Below, piece by piece: positions 32,649-43,600 of a stretch of DNA of 64,000 bases (positions are counted from its first letter, which is position 1; every line of letters begins with the position of its first letter). Position numbers and translations under genes: made by a program. The stretch is from an uncultured Bacteroidales bacterium (GTDB taxonomy: Bacteria > Bacteroidota > Bacteroidia > Bacteroidales > Bacteroidaceae), in assembly GCA_902783885.1 (NCBI GenBank), contig CACZSQ010000073.1:1439-65438 (forward strand), given 5' to 3'. Below the pieces are notes generated by a model that worked only from the letters and a program-made list of their open reading frames with translations, made no database searches and was not told where the DNA came from.

Positions 32649-34379
32649 CCCCACGCGCAAGGCTCCCTGCACAGCCACGTCATAGACGTGCCAATGAACA
32701 CGCCATGCCTCATGCGCCAATGCCCTGCGCTGCCAACGCGGCAGGCTGGCATCCAACACTAACAGGCGTGGGACATAGAGCGCTGTCAGACATCCTAAGC
32801 GTCCTCCCTTGAAGCCGCGCGTGATCCATACGACATCTGTCTTTTCGGCTTTTCGATCCGCAGAAAAGGCTTTCTCCCCTACTCTGTGGTTCACCATCAC
32901 CACTCGCAGGCGTCCCATCACAAAGCCCCGACTTCCCCGCAGGAGTCGGGGCTTTGCCGTCAGACGACGCTGCCAAAAGTCGCGACGGATGTAATAGAGT
33001 CCCGAGTCAGCCTTTTCGGGTTCCGGCATCAGCAGCCAGCTTTGTGAGGGCGAAGCTATGAGATGAAGCGCGGGACATGAACGGCGGTTGTAAATCACCA
33101 GTTGCGGTTCAGCCTTCCGGCTCCAAAAGTCCTTGACCACCGCACCGGGCCAATGGCTCACGGATGTCATCATCCACATCATGGCATAGACAATCCATGA
33201 CAAAGGCACAGACAAGAGCGAAGCTGCTGCCGGCCACAACACTGACAGCACAAGCACGGTGAATGCGAGGACGATAAACAGCGTTGTAAATGGTATCAAC
33301 GCGATGCTCACCACGGCACCATAGACGGGTATCTGATGGAAATAAAATGCCACGAGCGGAAAGGTCAGCAACTGCGCACAGAGCGAGACGGCAAAGGTGG
33401 TGAAGGGCCACAGCAGCCAGTAACGCTCCAGCCAGAAAATCTGATAGCGCCAACGGTCGAAGAACCACATATACAAAGGTCTATAGAACAGCAGGATGCC
33501 TGCCACAGAGAGGAAAGAGAGCTGAGCACCCACATCAAACAGGTACATCGGACGCACAAGCAGCAGGATGATACCTGTCAGCAGGAGATGCTGCAACGGG
33601 TCACCATAACGGTTCAGCAAGCTGGCACAGATGAACAGCGAGGTCATCGTAGCTGCGCGAACGAGGGAGGTGGGCATACCCGTGAGCCAGGCGTACATCC
33701 ACGCAAACATCAACACCGATACGCCGAGGACATAGCGCCAACGGGAGCAGAGGAAACGACCGTTCATGAGTTGCAGAAACAGTCCCACAATGATTCCTAA
33801 ATGCAGTCCCGAGAGCGCCAGCAGATGGCTGGCTCCGGCATCGGCAAACAGTTCGCGCGTGTCACGCGTCAGCAACGAACGGTCGCCAAGAGTCATCGCG
33901 GCAACCACAGCACGGGTCTTTTCCTCCATCCCAAGAGCACTCATTCGCTGCAGCAAACGCCGTCCTATCTCCGTTCTATCTCCGTGGTTACTCCGTGTTT
34001 GCGCCCCTTTCACCCAGCACCATCGCACGTAGTCAAATTCATCAGGGTTTCCAGGATTCACGGGGCGGCCTTCTACTGCCCACGCCTGATGCTGACGCTC
34101 GGCGGCCAGCGCATAGCGTCCGAAACCGAGCACAAGGAAAAACACGAAGGTCAGAAGCGGGAACCATGTGCGCTGCGAGAAGATGGAGGATTGTTCTTCT
34201 GAGCGATAGCAAAACCAAGCCACGACAGTCAGCAGGACGCTGGCCATCCAAGGCGCTGTCACCACACAATCCGAGCGACGGGACGGGACGCCGAGCCATA
34301 AGGCATCGTAAAGCAGGAAATCAGCAAGGACCACTCCGGCTATCAGTGCAAAGAAAGCTATGACAACCGGGCGGCTCAT
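32625..34379 (-). CDS. comEC: ComEC/Rec2 family competence membrane protein (no metallo-beta-lactamase domain)
   Basis: Polytopic membrane protein containing FADAGASHLLALSGLHLGII, the ComEC competence-domain signature. 584 aa. Confidence 0.75.
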   Translation of the reverse strand: MSRPVVIAFFALIAGVVLADFLLYDALWLGVPSRRSDCVVTAPWMASVLLTVVAWFCYRSEEQSSIFSQRTWFPLLTFVFFLVLGFGRYALAAERQHQAWAVEGRPVNPGNPDEFDYVRWCWVKGAQTRSNHGDRTEIGRRLLQRMSALGMEEKTRAVVAAMTLGDRSLLTRDTRELFADAGASHLLALSGLHLGIIVGLFLQLMNGRFLCSRWRYVLGVSVLMFAWMYAWLTGMPTSLVRAATMTSLFICASLLNRYGDPLQHLLLTGIILLLVRPMYLFDVGAQLSFLSVAGILLFYRPLYMWFFDRWRYQIFWLERYWLLWPFTTFAVSLCAQLLTFPLVAFYFHQIPVYGAVVSIALIPFTTLFIVLAFTVLVLSVLWPAAASLLSVPLSWIVYAMMWMMTSVSHWPGAVVKDFWSRKAEPQLVIYNRRSCPALHLIASPSQSWLLMPEPEKADSGLYYIRRDFWQRRLTAKPRLLRGSRGFVMGRLRVVMVNHRVGEKAFSADRKAEKTDVVWITRGFKGGRLGCLTALYVPRLLVLDASLPRWQRRALAHEAWRVHWHVYDVAVQGALRVGLSRELLQ

Positions 34380-34391
34380 CAGGAATAGGAA

Positions 34392-34970
34392 CTAAAAGAG
34401 CAGAAGCCCCACAAGAGCGCAGAAGAGAATGACGCGAATGGCATTCATCTTATAGTATTGGCACGCGATAAACGTCAGCAAGAAGATTGCGACGCTAATC
34501 CAGAAGTGCCAGGGCGACTCTGCAGGCGTGGAGAAGTTGTCAGGCGTCATCAGCAGCAAGCAGGCTGCTGCCAACAAGCCGACGACCGCAGGGCGAAGGC
34601 CCATAAACACGTGCTCCACCACCGGATGATGCTTGTACTTCATCAGGAACTTGGAAATCAGAATCATCAGGATCAGGGACGGCAGGATGACCGCGAACGT
34701 AGCCGTAGCGCTGCCAAGGATGCCCATCCAATGGGTGCCGCCGGCATTGACAATCGCGGTGTAGCCTACATAAGTGGCGGAATTGATACCGATAGGCCCG
34801 GGTGTCATCTGCGAGATGGCCACGATGTCCGTGAACTCGCCCATCGTCATCCACTGGTGGGCAGTGACCACTTCGCCCTGAATCATCGACAGCATGGCAT
34901 AGCCGCCGCCGAAGCCGAACAGTCCGATGAGAAAGAAGGTATAGAAAAGCTGAAGATAAAGATAAAGCAT
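34392..34970 (-). CDS. Chromate transporter family protein (half-size)
   Basis: FGGGYAMLSMIQGEVV...MTPGPIGINSATYVGY. Typical ChrA-family half, paired with the upstream half. Confidence 0.8.
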   Translation of the reverse strand: MLYLYLQLFYTFFLIGLFGFGGGYAMLSMIQGEVVTAHQWMTMGEFTDIVAISQMTPGPIGINSATYVGYTAIVNAGGTHWMGILGSATATFAVILPSLILMILISKFLMKYKHHPVVEHVFMGLRPAVVGLLAAACLLLMTPDNFSTPAESPWHFWISVAIFLLTFIACQYYKMNAIRVILFCALVGLLLF

Positions 34971-34982
34971 AGGAAAAGGCTT

Positions 34983-35540
34983 CTATTGAGGATTAAGGCC
35001 TAACTTTCCGTACAAATAGCCGCCGAGGCCGGCTACGACAATCACCCATACGGGCGAGACGCCGAAGGCCCAGATGAAGAAGGCGCAGAGGACGGGAATC
35101 CAGAAATTGTATCGGTTGATCTGTGCCGTTTGAGCCATCCTGAACGTAGGCGCAGCAATGAGAGCGACGACACACGGACGGATGCCGCGGAAGGCACGTG
35201 CCACCCAGACATTATCCTGGAACTGACGGAAAAAGAGAGCTATGGACAGGATGATGAGGAACGACGGCAGAGCGCACCCCAGCGTAGCGAGGAGAGCACC
35301 CCAAGTGCCCTTGAGCTTGTAGCCGATGAAGATGGCTATGTTCACGGCAAAGACACCCGGGCACGACTGCGCGACAGCCATCAGGTCGAGCAGTTCCTCA
35401 CGCGAGAGCCATTGCTTCTCCTCAACCACCTTCTGCTCAATCAACGGTATCATGGCATAGCCGCCCCCGATGGTGAAGAGGCCGATGTGAAAGAACGTGG
35501 AGAACAGAGATACGTTATGAAAGGGGGATGTCATAGACAT
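34983..35540 (-). CDS. Chromate transporter family protein (half-size)
   Basis: IGGGYAMIPLIEQKVVEEKQWLSREELLDLMAVAQSCPGVFAVNIA. Confidence 0.8.
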   Translation of the reverse strand: MSMTSPFHNVSLFSTFFHIGLFTIGGGYAMIPLIEQKVVEEKQWLSREELLDLMAVAQSCPGVFAVNIAIFIGYKLKGTWGALLATLGCALPSFLIILSIALFFRQFQDNVWVARAFRGIRPCVVALIAAPTFRMAQTAQINRYNFWIPVLCAFFIWAFGVSPVWVIVVAGLGGYLYGKLGLNPQ

Positions 35541-35556
35541 TTTTACTTAAACGTGA

Positions 35557-35564
35557 CAAAGGTA
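35557..35564 (-). promoter_or_regulatory. -7 promoter motif (TAccTTTG on minus strand)
   Basis: Plus-strand caaaggta, 17 nt upstream of the ATG at 35540. Confidence 0.4.
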
Positions 35565-35667
35565 GTGCAAATCCCACATATTGGCAAAAGAACACGCATT
35601 TTTTTCTTTTTTAGATGAGGTGAAAAGGAAAGTGGTAAAAAAATTTGCCGTTATCGACGAATCCGCT

Positions 35668-35675
35668 TATCTTTG
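35668..35675 (+). promoter_or_regulatory. -7 promoter motif TAtcTTTG
   Basis: 34 nt upstream of the ATG at 35709. Confidence 0.5.
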
Positions 35676-35708
35676 CACCAATTGAAACCTCAAAAACATT
35701 ATAACCTC

Positions 35709-38700
35709 ATGAAAAGTCTAACACGTATTCTTACTACACTTTGTATGCTGTTTGTCTGCACAACAGCTTGGTCGGTGGATTATCTCCTGTCTGTAGGCGA
35801 CAAGGGAAATACCATGACCCCAGCCACCTCCACCTCGGATGATACCCATTGGTATCTGGTCACCCAGATCAGAGGAGGCGAATCCGTGATGTACGATGCC
35901 GGTGCAGGTACAAAGTTGATGCGTGCTTCAACAGAACAGACCGCCGCGTCATTCAATGGCACGCTGAAATCCGATGCTGGCAACTACCTCGTGCGATTCC
36001 TCGAAACAGGAACAACGGGCGTCTATAACATTCAGTTTGCCAACGGACGTTATATTACCAGCAGCCTGACTACTGGCACAACGCCTGGCAACTATTTCTT
36101 CTACAACATCAACGACGAGGCCGGCCACTTTGGATGGAACCTAACCACCGACGGAACAACCTACGGAAGCATCGTTGACAACAATGGAGCAACCTACACA
36201 CTTGCTTTCTGGGAAAGTGGTAAGGTCACCTCGACTGGTGGCAACAACGACTGGTATATCTATCCTGTAGAATTAGCTGAAGTCACGACAGCTACATTCG
36301 ACGTTGTCATCACTGGTGCGCCGTCAGGCGGTGGACTGATCTATAAAGGGACGACGTACCTGCATGGCGGAACGATGGTAGCGCCCATCAATCTTTCTGC
36401 AGATGCCCTCACAGCCTTAAGTATCAACGGATACGCTGGTGTTGCGAGCATCAGCGGCACCACCATCACCGTCACCTACTACGACCAATCCATTTACAAG
36501 TGGTACACGATCAAGAACCACAATGGTGCCTACCTCAGCCTGAACAGCGACTACACGGATGGCAGCGGCAACCTGAAGATTACTAACACCACTACTCCCA
36601 CCGACCTCAAAGCCCTGTGGCGCGTAGAGGACCAGGGTAACGGCACCGTCCGCTTCTACAACTACACAACTGGCCCCGTCAAGGTGCTGGGTATGTCGGG
36701 CAGCGAAGCCAATGCCCGCGCCACGATGGTGGACGCATCGCTCACGGCTAGCGATGCCACCTACACCACATATTTCTCCTTCTACGACGCTTCGAAATAT
36801 CCTACGGGCGAAGCCTCATACATTCGAAAGGGCAGTTCGGGCAACAACTACTGGAACAAGCGCGGCGACTATCTCGCTTTGTGGAACGCGGGCGGTGCCG
36901 TAGGCGATAACGGTTCCACCTTCTACTTTGAAGTGCAAAGCGTTCACACCGATGCTGATTACTTCTCGACATCGGCAGAGACAGCTAAGTACTTCGGCAT
37001 AAAGTTCAAAGCCGGAACTGTGTATATCGGCGAGGGTGAGAGCCTTGGCGACCTGCTTATCACCAAGGGGGTATTCAATACCGTATGGGCGCTGATTGGC
37101 GATGCTTCAAGTTTCAAGCTCCTCAGCCGCGACGGACATTATGTCGCTGTCAAGCACACCACGAGCGACTTCTGCTACACGGTAGCCACCGCAGCCCAGG
37201 CCACAAACTTCACGCTCATTAGCAATTCCGATGGCTCGTTTGAGATTGCACGCAAGGGCAACACGGGCACCACTTTTAATCCTTGGGGCGGCATGGCTGC
37301 CGGCAAGAACATCGGCTTCTGGAGTGCCGGCGACAACAGCAACAAGCTGACGCTGATAGATGAAGCTGAAATGCCTATCTTCGACTACCATTTGGTGAAC
37401 GGCGGCACGCGTCCAACAGACATCAGCACGCTGAGCCTATGGTATGACTTCCCTGCCACACTGGCCGGTTCCGCCCATCCCTGGATGGAATATGGCCTGC
37501 CCATCGGTAATGGGCAGGTGGGAGCCACGCTGCTGGGCGGCGTAATGCAGGACGAAATCATCCTCAACGAGAAGACCCTTTACAACGGCTCACCGACAGA
37601 CTGGGGCGAGCACGGCAAATACGCCTGCTTGGGCAAAATCCTCGTGGACGACCTCAGCGGAATGGGATCTATTATGGATAATAGCAAGCCCATCAACGAC
37701 TACACACGCTATCTCGACATAGAGAAGGGCGTGGCAGGTGTTGACTTCACCAGCTCGACAGGCACACACTACACACGCCGCTATCTCGTCTCAGCTCCCC
37801 ACCGCGTGATGGCTGCCCGCTACGTGGCCGACGGCAGCGAGCCGTTGCACTTGCGTTTCAGCTACGAGCCCGATGCTTACATCAATGCTTCGGCAGCGAC
37901 CTACAGCGGCAATAGTGGAACCTTCGGCGGCAAACTGAAGACCGTCAGCTACAGCACGGAAATGCGTGTCGTGGCCACAGGAGGCACGGTGACCACAACT
38001 AGCGAAGGCATAGAAGTGGATGGGGCTACAGAGATTGTTCTTTACATGACCGCGGCCACCAACTTCGATGACAGCACACCAACATTTGTCAATGGTACAC
38101 GCAATGACGTAGCGGCTGCCAACAGCCTGTTGCTTGATGCTGCTATTTCCGATGGATGGGGCAAGGTGTACAATGATCATGTGGCACAGTTCTCTGAGCT
38201 CATGGGACGCGTGAGCCTGCAACTGGGCGATGCAGCCAGCACAATGATTACCAAGGATTTGGTTGACAATTATGCTACAGCAGCCAATCGCACGAAAGCA
38301 GATGGCCTCTTCCTCGAGCAACTCTACTTCCAGTATGGTCGTTATCTCGAAATCAGTTGCAACAACGTGCTCATCAACGCACCTGCTAACCTGCAAGGTA
38401 TCTGGAATGACGACAGTAACACCAATTTCTGGCACTGCGACATTCACACCGATGTAAACGTGCAGATGAACTACTGGCCTGCTGAAATCACCAACCTTAG
38501 CACCATGCACCTGCCCTTCCTAAACAACATCATCAGCAACGCAGGCGATGACTATAACTTCCACACCGTGGCAAAACGCTACAAAAGCGGCGTGCGCGGT
38601 TGGATGGTTCCCACCGAGACAAATATCTTCGGCGGCACATCGTCGTGGATGGCATTCCAAATTAAGAGCCTCGCAGCGTGGAACTGCTCGCATCTCTGGC

Positions 38701-40382
38701 AACACTACCGCTACACACTCGACCGCGATTTCCTGCGTCGTGCCTTGCCCGCAATGCTCACAGCTGCACAATTCCTCAAAGATATCAGTACCAAGGCTAC
38801 CGACGGCACATACTTTGTTGCCGACGAATACTCACCTGAGCACGGGCCTTCCGGCCACTCCACGGCTTTTGCACAGCAGAACACCGCAGAGGTCGTGCGC
38901 AGCGTCATCGAAGGTGCCGAGGCATTAGGAACTGACTCTCCCATCTCCGCTACCGACCTACAGGAAATGCGCGACTTCTGGGAGGTGCTTGACAAGGGAC
39001 TCCACACCGAAATATATAATGGAAAGACCTGCTTAAGTGAATGGGCAGACCTCACGCTGAACTCACAAGGCGATGCCGCCGGTCACCGCCACCTCAGTCA
39101 CCTCATGGCCCTCTATCCTTATAGCCAAGTGTCTGCTTACGCCAAGGATGACGAAGGCAAACGACTCTACGAGGCGGCCGTGAACTCTCTGCTCGTGCGC
39201 AATGCCACCGACGTCACTGGTTGGTCTGGCGGATGGAAGGTGAATCTTTTCGCCCGCGCCCTGAAAGGAGACGATGCACGCGCTGTGTTCGCTCTCATGC
39301 TCAAGCATAGCAGGAGCTACGTCATCGCAATGTCGGGTCAAGGCGGTTGCTACTATAACCTCTGGGATGCCCATTCTCCCTTCCAGATCGACGGAAACTT
39401 TGGCTACACTTCCGGCGTAGCAGAGATGCTCCTGCAGAGTTATGATGGAGCTATCCACTTGTTGCCGGCACTGCCAACCGCATGGGCCAGCGGTAGCGTC
39501 AATGGCCTCAAAGCTGTGGGCGATTTCACCGTGGATCAGGCTTGGACAAACAGCAAGCTGACCTCTGCCACCATTACAAGTTGCAAAGGTCAAAAATGTA
39601 CCGTTAACTATCCTGGTATAGCCAAAGCCACAGTCACATACGCAGGCGAGCGCATTGCTGTCGAAGTGATTTCGGCTGATGAGATTGCCTTCGACACACA
39701 AGTTGGAGCCTCCTACGCCCTCGACATGCAGCACCTCACCATTCGCGAGAGCGACACCACACCGGCAACCGCTGCCGCTGGCGTCGATGTAACCCTTGAG
39801 CGCACGCTGGCTGCAAATGTCTGGCAGGGCTTCTCCATCCCTTTTGCCCTCACGGAGGAACAAATAGCTTCCTCCGCGCTGGCAGGAACTGATATTGTAG
39901 AGCTGACCAGCGAAGATGAGAACACGCTGAACTTCTCTGTTACTAAAGCCATCAGTGCTGGAATGCCATACTTCGTCCGTCCTATAGCCGATGTTGAGAA
40001 CCCTGAATTTAACGGAGTCAACATTACCGAACCGGAAGGAAAATCCGTTGACACAGGAACTTTCAGTTTCGTAGCACAGACCTACAAGAAAGTTCTGCCT
40101 ACTGACGGCTCTGTGGCCTATCTCAGCAAGGACACGGGCGCTCTGAAGAAGTTGACATCGGGAGGACTGTCAGGACTGCGTTCCTATTTTCTGCTGCCCA
40201 TAGGCGCAGAAGTCAAACTGATGATTAACGGCATTGAGACCGGCATCGGAAAGATTGACGGTAATCAGAATCTGCGAATGAACACAAAGCCTTGGTTCAC
40301 CCTCAGTGGTGCGCGCCTCAACGGACAGCCTACCCAGAAAGGAATCTATATCCAGCGCAGTAATAAGATGTTGGTTAAATAA
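35709..40382 (+). CDS. GH95 family glycoside hydrolase (alpha-L-fucosidase/galactosidase type) with a ~560-aa N-terminal extension and a T9SS-type tail
   Basis: LWYDFPA...[20 protein letters not shown]...LNEKTLYNG and [10 protein letters not shown]...[19 protein letters not shown] are GH95 signatures. Signal peptide [22 protein letters not shown] (ATG at 35709; the track start is a TTG at 35673). Ends [29 protein letters not shown]. Confidence 0.8.
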   Translation: MKSLTRILTTLCMLFVCTTAWSVDYLLSVGDKGNTMTPATSTSDDTHWYLVTQIRGGESVMYDAGAGTKLMRASTEQTAASFNGTLKSDAGNYLVRFLETGTTGVYNIQFANGRYITSSLTTGTTPGNYFFYNINDEAGHFGWNLTTDGTTYGSIVDNNGATYTLAFWESGKVTSTGGNNDWYIYPVELAEVTTATFDVVITGAPSGGGLIYKGTTYLHGGTMVAPINLSADALTALSINGYAGVASISGTTITVTYYDQSIYKWYTIKNHNGAYLSLNSDYTDGSGNLKITNTTTPTDLKALWRVEDQGNGTVRFYNYTTGPVKVLGMSGSEANARATMVDASLTASDATYTTYFSFYDASKYPTGEASYIRKGSSGNNYWNKRGDYLALWNAGGAVGDNGSTFYFEVQSVHTDADYFSTSAETAKYFGIKFKAGTVYIGEGESLGDLLITKGVFNTVWALIGDASSFKLLSRDGHYVAVKHTTSDFCYTVATAAQATNFTLISNSDGSFEIARKGNTGTTFNPWGGMAAGKNIGFWSAGDNSNKLTLIDEAEMPIFDYHLVNGGTRPTDISTLSLWYDFPATLAGSAHPWMEYGLPIGNGQVGATLLGGVMQDEIILNEKTLYNGSPTDWGEHGKYACLGKILVDDLSGMGSIMDNSKPINDYTRYLDIEKGVAGVDFTSSTGTHYTRRYLVSAPHRVMAARYVADGSEPLHLRFSYEPDAYINASAATYSGNSGTFGGKLKTVSYSTEMRVVATGGTVTTTSEGIEVDGATEIVLYMTAATNFDDSTPTFVNGTRNDVAAANSLLLDAAISDGWGKVYNDHVAQFSELMGRVSLQLGDAASTMITKDLVDNYATAANRTKADGLFLEQLYFQYGRYLEISCNNVLINAPANLQGIWNDDSNTNFWHCDIHTDVNVQMNYWPAEITNLSTMHLPFLNNIISNAGDDYNFHTVAKRYKSGVRGWMVPTETNIFGGTSSWMAFQIKSLAAWNCSHLWQHYRYTLDRDFLRRALPAMLTAAQFLKDISTKATDGTYFVADEYSPEHGPSGHSTAFAQQNTAEVVRSVIEGAEALGTDSPISATDLQEMRDFWEVLDKGLHTEIYNGKTCLSEWADLTLNSQGDAAGHRHLSHLMALYPYSQVSAYAKDDEGKRLYEAAVNSLLVRNATDVTGWSGGWKVNLFARALKGDDARAVFALMLKHSRSYVIAMSGQGGCYYNLWDAHSPFQIDGNFGYTSGVAEMLLQSYDGAIHLLPALPTAWASGSVNGLKAVGDFTVDQAWTNSKLTSATITSCKGQKCTVNYPGIAKATVTYAGERIAVEVISADEIAFDTQVGASYALDMQHLTIRESDTTPATAAAGVDVTLERTLAANVWQGFSIPFALTEEQIASSALAGTDIVELTSEDENTLNFSVTKAISAGMPYFVRPIADVENPEFNGVNITEPEGKSVDTGTFSFVAQTYKKVLPTDGSVAYLSKDTGALKKLTSGGLSGLRSYFLLPIGAEVKLMINGIETGIGKIDGNQNLRMNTKPWFTLSGARLNGQPTQKGIYIQRSNKMLVK

Positions 40383-40402
40383 ATCTTAAATAAGGACCGA
40401 CT

Positions 40403-40579
40403 ATGAAGAAGACATATTTGTCACCCACTACAAACGGGTTGACCATCGAAGCACAATGCCAGCTCCTTGCCAACAGTTTCGTTGACAACAAGATCAACGT
40501 TGACACCTCCAAAATGGAAGGTGGCGACGGAAGCGATGGTGTAAAAGCAGATCGCAACTGGGATGATATTTGGGAATGA
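40403..40579 (+). CDS. Small conserved hypothetical protein (58 aa), paralogue of 6957..7160
   Basis: Below the ORF-track size cut-off. My translation is MKKTYLSPTTNGLTIEAQCQLLANSFVDNKINVDTSKMEGGDGSDGVKADRNWDDIWE. It starts 20 nt after the GH95 stop and is followed by a strong terminator. Confidence 0.5.
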   Translation: MKKTYLSPTTNGLTIEAQCQLLANSFVDNKINVDTSKMEGGDGSDGVKADRNWDDIWE

Positions 40580-40604
40580 TTGATAACATAAGCCCTAAAA
40601 GAAG

Positions 40605-40639
40605 AAGTCGGGAGCATTGTTCAGATGCTCCCGACTTTT
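40605..40639. terminator. Bidirectional hairpin terminator between the small ORF (+) and purL (-)
   Basis: aagtcgggagcat - tgttcag - atgctcccgactt, followed by tta. Confidence 0.7.
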
Positions 40640-40649
40640 ATTCTATCAC

Positions 40650-43600
40650 CTAAGCGTGTTCTTCGCACCACTTACGGGCGTTGACAAATGCCTCAATCCA
40701 AGGCGTAAGCTCATCACGGCTGCGGTTGGAAGGATAGAAAGCGCATTGCCAAGGGAAGATCGCACGTTCCAGGTGAGGCATCATCGCCAGATGACGGCCG
40801 TCAGCCGAGCAGAGGCCTGCCACGCTATAATCAGAACCATTGGGATTGCCAGGATATTCGTCGTAGCTGTACTTGGCCACCACATGATATGCGCTCTCGG
40901 GTTGCGGCAAATGGAACTTGCCCTCGCCGTGAGCCACCCAAATGCCGAGTTTGCTGCCAGCCAGAGAGCACAGCATCACGCTGTTGTTCTCAGGGATGGT
41001 GACGCCGAGGAAGGCGGACTCAAACTTGTGCGAAGTGTTGTGGAGCATTGTGGCCCCCCTTACGGCCCCCGAGGGGGCTTCTATTGTTTTGCTATTAGAG
41101 GACTTTACATCCGTGTCCCCCTCGGGGGATAACAGGGGGGCCAGCTCTAGGAGCCCCAACTCCACCATCAGCTGGCAGCCGTTACAGATACCGAGCGAAA
41201 GGGTGTCTGGACGAGCATAGAAGCGGTCGAGTGCTGCCTTGGCTTTGGGATTATACAGGAAGGCACCTGCCCACCCCTTCGCTGAGCCGAGGACGTCAGA
41301 GTTCGAGAAACCGCCGCAGAAGACAATCATCTGCACCTCATCCAGCGTCTCGCGGCCAGTAATGAGGTCGGTCATCATGACATCCTTCACGTCGAAGCCT
41401 GCAAGATAAAGGCTGTAGGCCATCTCGCGCTCACCATTCGTGCCTTTCTCACGGATGATGGCAGCACGAGGAGACCCAGCCCTCTGCCCCATACGAGGGA
41501 GGGAGATGGGGGTGGGTTTTATTTTCCACACGAGTGGCTGCTGCTTATAATTCTTATAGCGGGCATCAGCGCAGCCGTTCATGCTTTGCTTCGTATCGAG
41601 TTGATAGGAAGGACGATACCAGATGTCACGCAGTTCATCTATGTCAAGGGTTTCCTCAAAACCGCCCTTGCGGATGCGCAGCGAGCGTTCCCTTGCAGGT
41701 ACACCTATATATATATAGCCTACACCAGCCTCATCCATCAGCTTCTTGAATTCATCTTCGTGCTTGGTGCTGACCTGCACAACGACGCCAGGATTCTCGG
41801 CAAAGAGAATCTTCGTGATGTCCTCGCTTGCAAAATTGTTGAGATTCACTTTCATGCCACCCTTCGTATTGGCAAAGCACATCTCCAGAAGAGTGGTGAT
41901 GAGACCGCCGGCGCTGATGTCGTGTCCCGCCAGCAGCAAACCCTTCTTCACGCATTCCTGCACGGCATCAAAGGCATCGCGGAAATACTCAGGATTTGTG
42001 CACGTGGGCACATCTGAGCCCACTTTGCCATGAGCCTGGGCATAAGCGCTACCACCGAGGCGCAACTCGTCAAACGAGAAGTCGATATGATAGAGGGCAC
42101 TTTTGGGCTCGTCAGCCAGCACTGGGCTCACCACCTTGCGGATATCGCTGACCTCGCTACCGGAGGTGACGATGACGGTTCCAGGGGCAATAACCTTCGT
42201 GCCATCGGGATATTTCTGAGTCATGGAGAGGCTGTCCTTGCCTGTCGGGACATTGATTTCCAAAGCACAGCAGAATTCGGAGAGCGCTTCAACAGCTTTA
42301 TACAAGCGGGCGTCCTCACCCTTCTGTGAGCGGCACGGCCACATCCAGTTGGCACTGAGGCTGACGCTGTCAAGGCCTTCAGCCAACGGTGCCCACACGA
42401 TATTCGTCAAGCTCTCAGCCACAGAGAGGACAGAGCCTGCTGCGGGGTCTGCAAGGCCTGCCTGCGGGGCATGGCCCAAGGCGGTAGCGATACCCTTGCG
42501 CCCCTGATAGTCAAGGGCAACGACACCGCAATCCGACAGCGGCAGTTGCAGTTCGCCCTGGCACTGCTGGCGTGCCACCTTGCCCGTCACCGAGCGATCG
42601 ACCTTGTTCGTCAGCCAATCTTTGCAGGCAACAGCTTCGAGCGAGAGAACGCTCTCTATCATAGGCCCAATGGGGCTCATGGGGCTTATAGGATATTCAA
42701 CAGGCTGGTATTTACGCTCGACGGTCTCATCGACCATCACCGTCTTAGGCGAATGGCCGAACATCTGAGCCACGTCAAGGTCGAAGGGGCGAACGCCGTC
42801 GGCCTGTTCGAATGCGAAATGGGCATCGCCCGTGGTCTCACCGACGACATAAAGCGGAGCACGTTCGCGCTCAGCAATCTTGCGCACATGGTCGAGATGC
42901 TCTTCCTGAATGAGCAGTCCCATGCGCTCCTGGCTCTCGTTGGCAATAATCTCTTTGCTGGAGAGCGTAGGGTCGCCGATAGGGAGCTTTGACATATCAA
43001 TGAGTCCGCCGCACTCCTCCACCAGCTCGCTGAGGCAGTTGACGTGGCCTGCCGAACCGTGGTCGTGAATGCTGACGATGGGATTCACATCCTCTTCGCA
43101 CAAAGAGCGAACAAGGTTGTAGGCGCGCTTCTGCATCTCGGGGTTGGCTCGCTGGACAGCATTCAGCTCGATGCCGCTGCTGTAGCGACCTGTATCCACG
43201 CTGGACACAGAGCCTCCACCCAAGCCGATGCGGTAGTTGTCACCGCCAACGACGACAATCTTATTGCCCTTCTCAGGTGTGCCCTTCAAACAGTCGCGTT
43301 TGGTGCCATACCCCACGCCGCCTGCCAGCATGATGACCTTGTCGTAGCCATACTGCTCACCATTCTCTTCATGTTCGAAGGTGAGCACAGAGCCTGTTAT
43401 CAGCGGCTGACCGAACTTATTGCCGAAGTCGCTGGCTCCGTTGGAAGCCTTGATGAGAATCTGTTCAGGGGTCTGATAAAGCCATTTGCGAGGAGCCATC
43501 CCCTGCCCATCAAGGGCTAGGGGCTTCGGATAGGAAGTCATGTACACCGCCGTTCCGGCAATAGGCCATGAACCGACGCCACCGCCCATGCGGTCACGGA

